From contig CAWEJF010000006.1 of NCBI GenBank assembly GCA_963809345.1, positions 21,242-85,241 on the forward strand: a stretch of 64,000 nt of DNA, in the 5' to 3' direction. The position numbers and the translations under genes were made by a program. Below are positions 63,514-64,000 of the stretch, piece by piece. Below the pieces are notes generated by a model, which saw only the letters and a program-made list of their open reading frames with translations, searched no databases and had not been told where the DNA came from. How positions within the stretch are numbered: position 1 is the first letter of the stretch; each line of letters begins with the position of its first letter. This DNA comes from Candidatus Aminicenantes bacterium. Lineage in GTDB: Bacteria; Acidobacteriota; Aminicenantia; Aminicenantales; Saccharicenantaceae.

Positions 63514-64000
63514 ATGAACGTCAAGAAATTCATCGAAACCCAGATCGAAGAGATCAAGAAGACCGTCGGCTCGGGCAAAGCCATCTCGGCCCTGTCCGGC
63601 GGCGTCGACAGCTCGGCCTGCACCGTCCTCGCTTACAGGGCCCTCGGCCCGCAACTCAAGTCGGTCTTCATCGACCACGGCCTCATGCGCGCCGGCGAGC
63701 CCCAGGAGATCGCCAAGATCTTCGCCGGCCTGGGCATCGCCGTCGACATCGCCGATAAAAAGAAGGAATACTTCGCCGCCCTCAAAGGCAAGGCCGACCC
63801 CGAAGAGAAGCGCAAGGCCTTCCGCTACGCCTTCTATAGCTCTTTCGGCAAAGAGGTCCTCAAGAGCAAGGCCCGCTACCTCATCCAGGGAACGATCGCC
63901 GCCGATATCATCGAGACCCAGAAGGGTCTCAAGACGCAGCACAACATCCTCGAGCAGATCGGCATCGACCCCGAGGAGGGCTTCGGCTTCAAGGTCATCG
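63514..64000 (+). CDS. guaA: GMP synthase ATP-pyrophosphatase (B) subunit, stand-alone; truncated by the window
   Basis: PP-loop SGGVDSS, FIDHGLMR, DPEEKRK, QGTIAAD and KTQHN; no N-terminal glutaminase domain; GGAGG SD. Confidence 0.85.
   Translation, partial: MNVKKFIETQIEEIKKTVGSGKAISALSGGVDSSACTVLAYRALGPQLKSVFIDHGLMRAGEPQEIAKIFAGLGIAVDIADKKKEYFAALKGKADPEEKRKAFRYAFYSSFGKEVLKSKARYLIQGTIAADIIETQKGLKTQHNILEQIGIDPEEGFGFKVI

Noticed and set aside
1-64000. CRISPR array, IS transposase, prophage or defence genes
   Set aside because: No regularly spaced direct repeats, and no ORF with recognisable transposase, integrase, phage or Cas motifs.

Overview
A gene-dense, high-GC bacterial chromosomal window with about 47 CDSs and one tRNA-Leu(TAA). 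It contains no transposase, integrase, phage gene or CRISPR array. The gene content (GWxTD protein, Oar-type TonB receptor, many secreted peptidases and glycosidases, Gly/Arg-rich inserts) suggests an anaerobic diderm of the Aminicenantes/Acidobacteriota type; this is inference. Main blocks: (i) 1-13 kb: ACT protein/ornithine cyclodeaminase, NahK-like kinase, DEAD-box helicase, a zinc metallopeptidase convergent with an atypical Ddl-like ATP-grasp ligase, SDR, M28 and M49 peptidases; (ii) 13-27 kb: RND pair, rsgA, tRNA-Leu, DUF5009 acyltransferase, YbjQ, OM beta-barrel, ICMT-like protein, M14 peptidase, TauE; (iii) 27-33.7 kb: a coupled bfr-membrane protein-dmsABC run, a mobA that has lost its stop codon, and an HD/Zn-ribbon protein; (iv) 33.7-44.4 kb: a glycan operon (GHL10-like, GH18, GH42, ROK, SIS, MFS, GH116); (v) 44.4-53.4 kb: a lower-GC GWxTD / sulfatase-like-TPR / TPR / TonB receptor cassette; (vi) 53.6-64 kb: a frameshifted NodB deacetylase, CsxA-type GH2, GH38-like, GH29, M20 amidohydrolase and a stand-alone archaeal-type GMP synthase B subunit (truncated by the window). 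The most striking non-annotated signals are a ~140-nt structured element present twice with compensatory base changes, a family of GGGG-started palindromes that supply gene C-termini, and a ~130-nt promoter-to-terminator sRNA candidate with an exposed anti-Shine-Dalgarno tract. All calls come from motif recognition and manual reading only; no database searches or folding programs were run.
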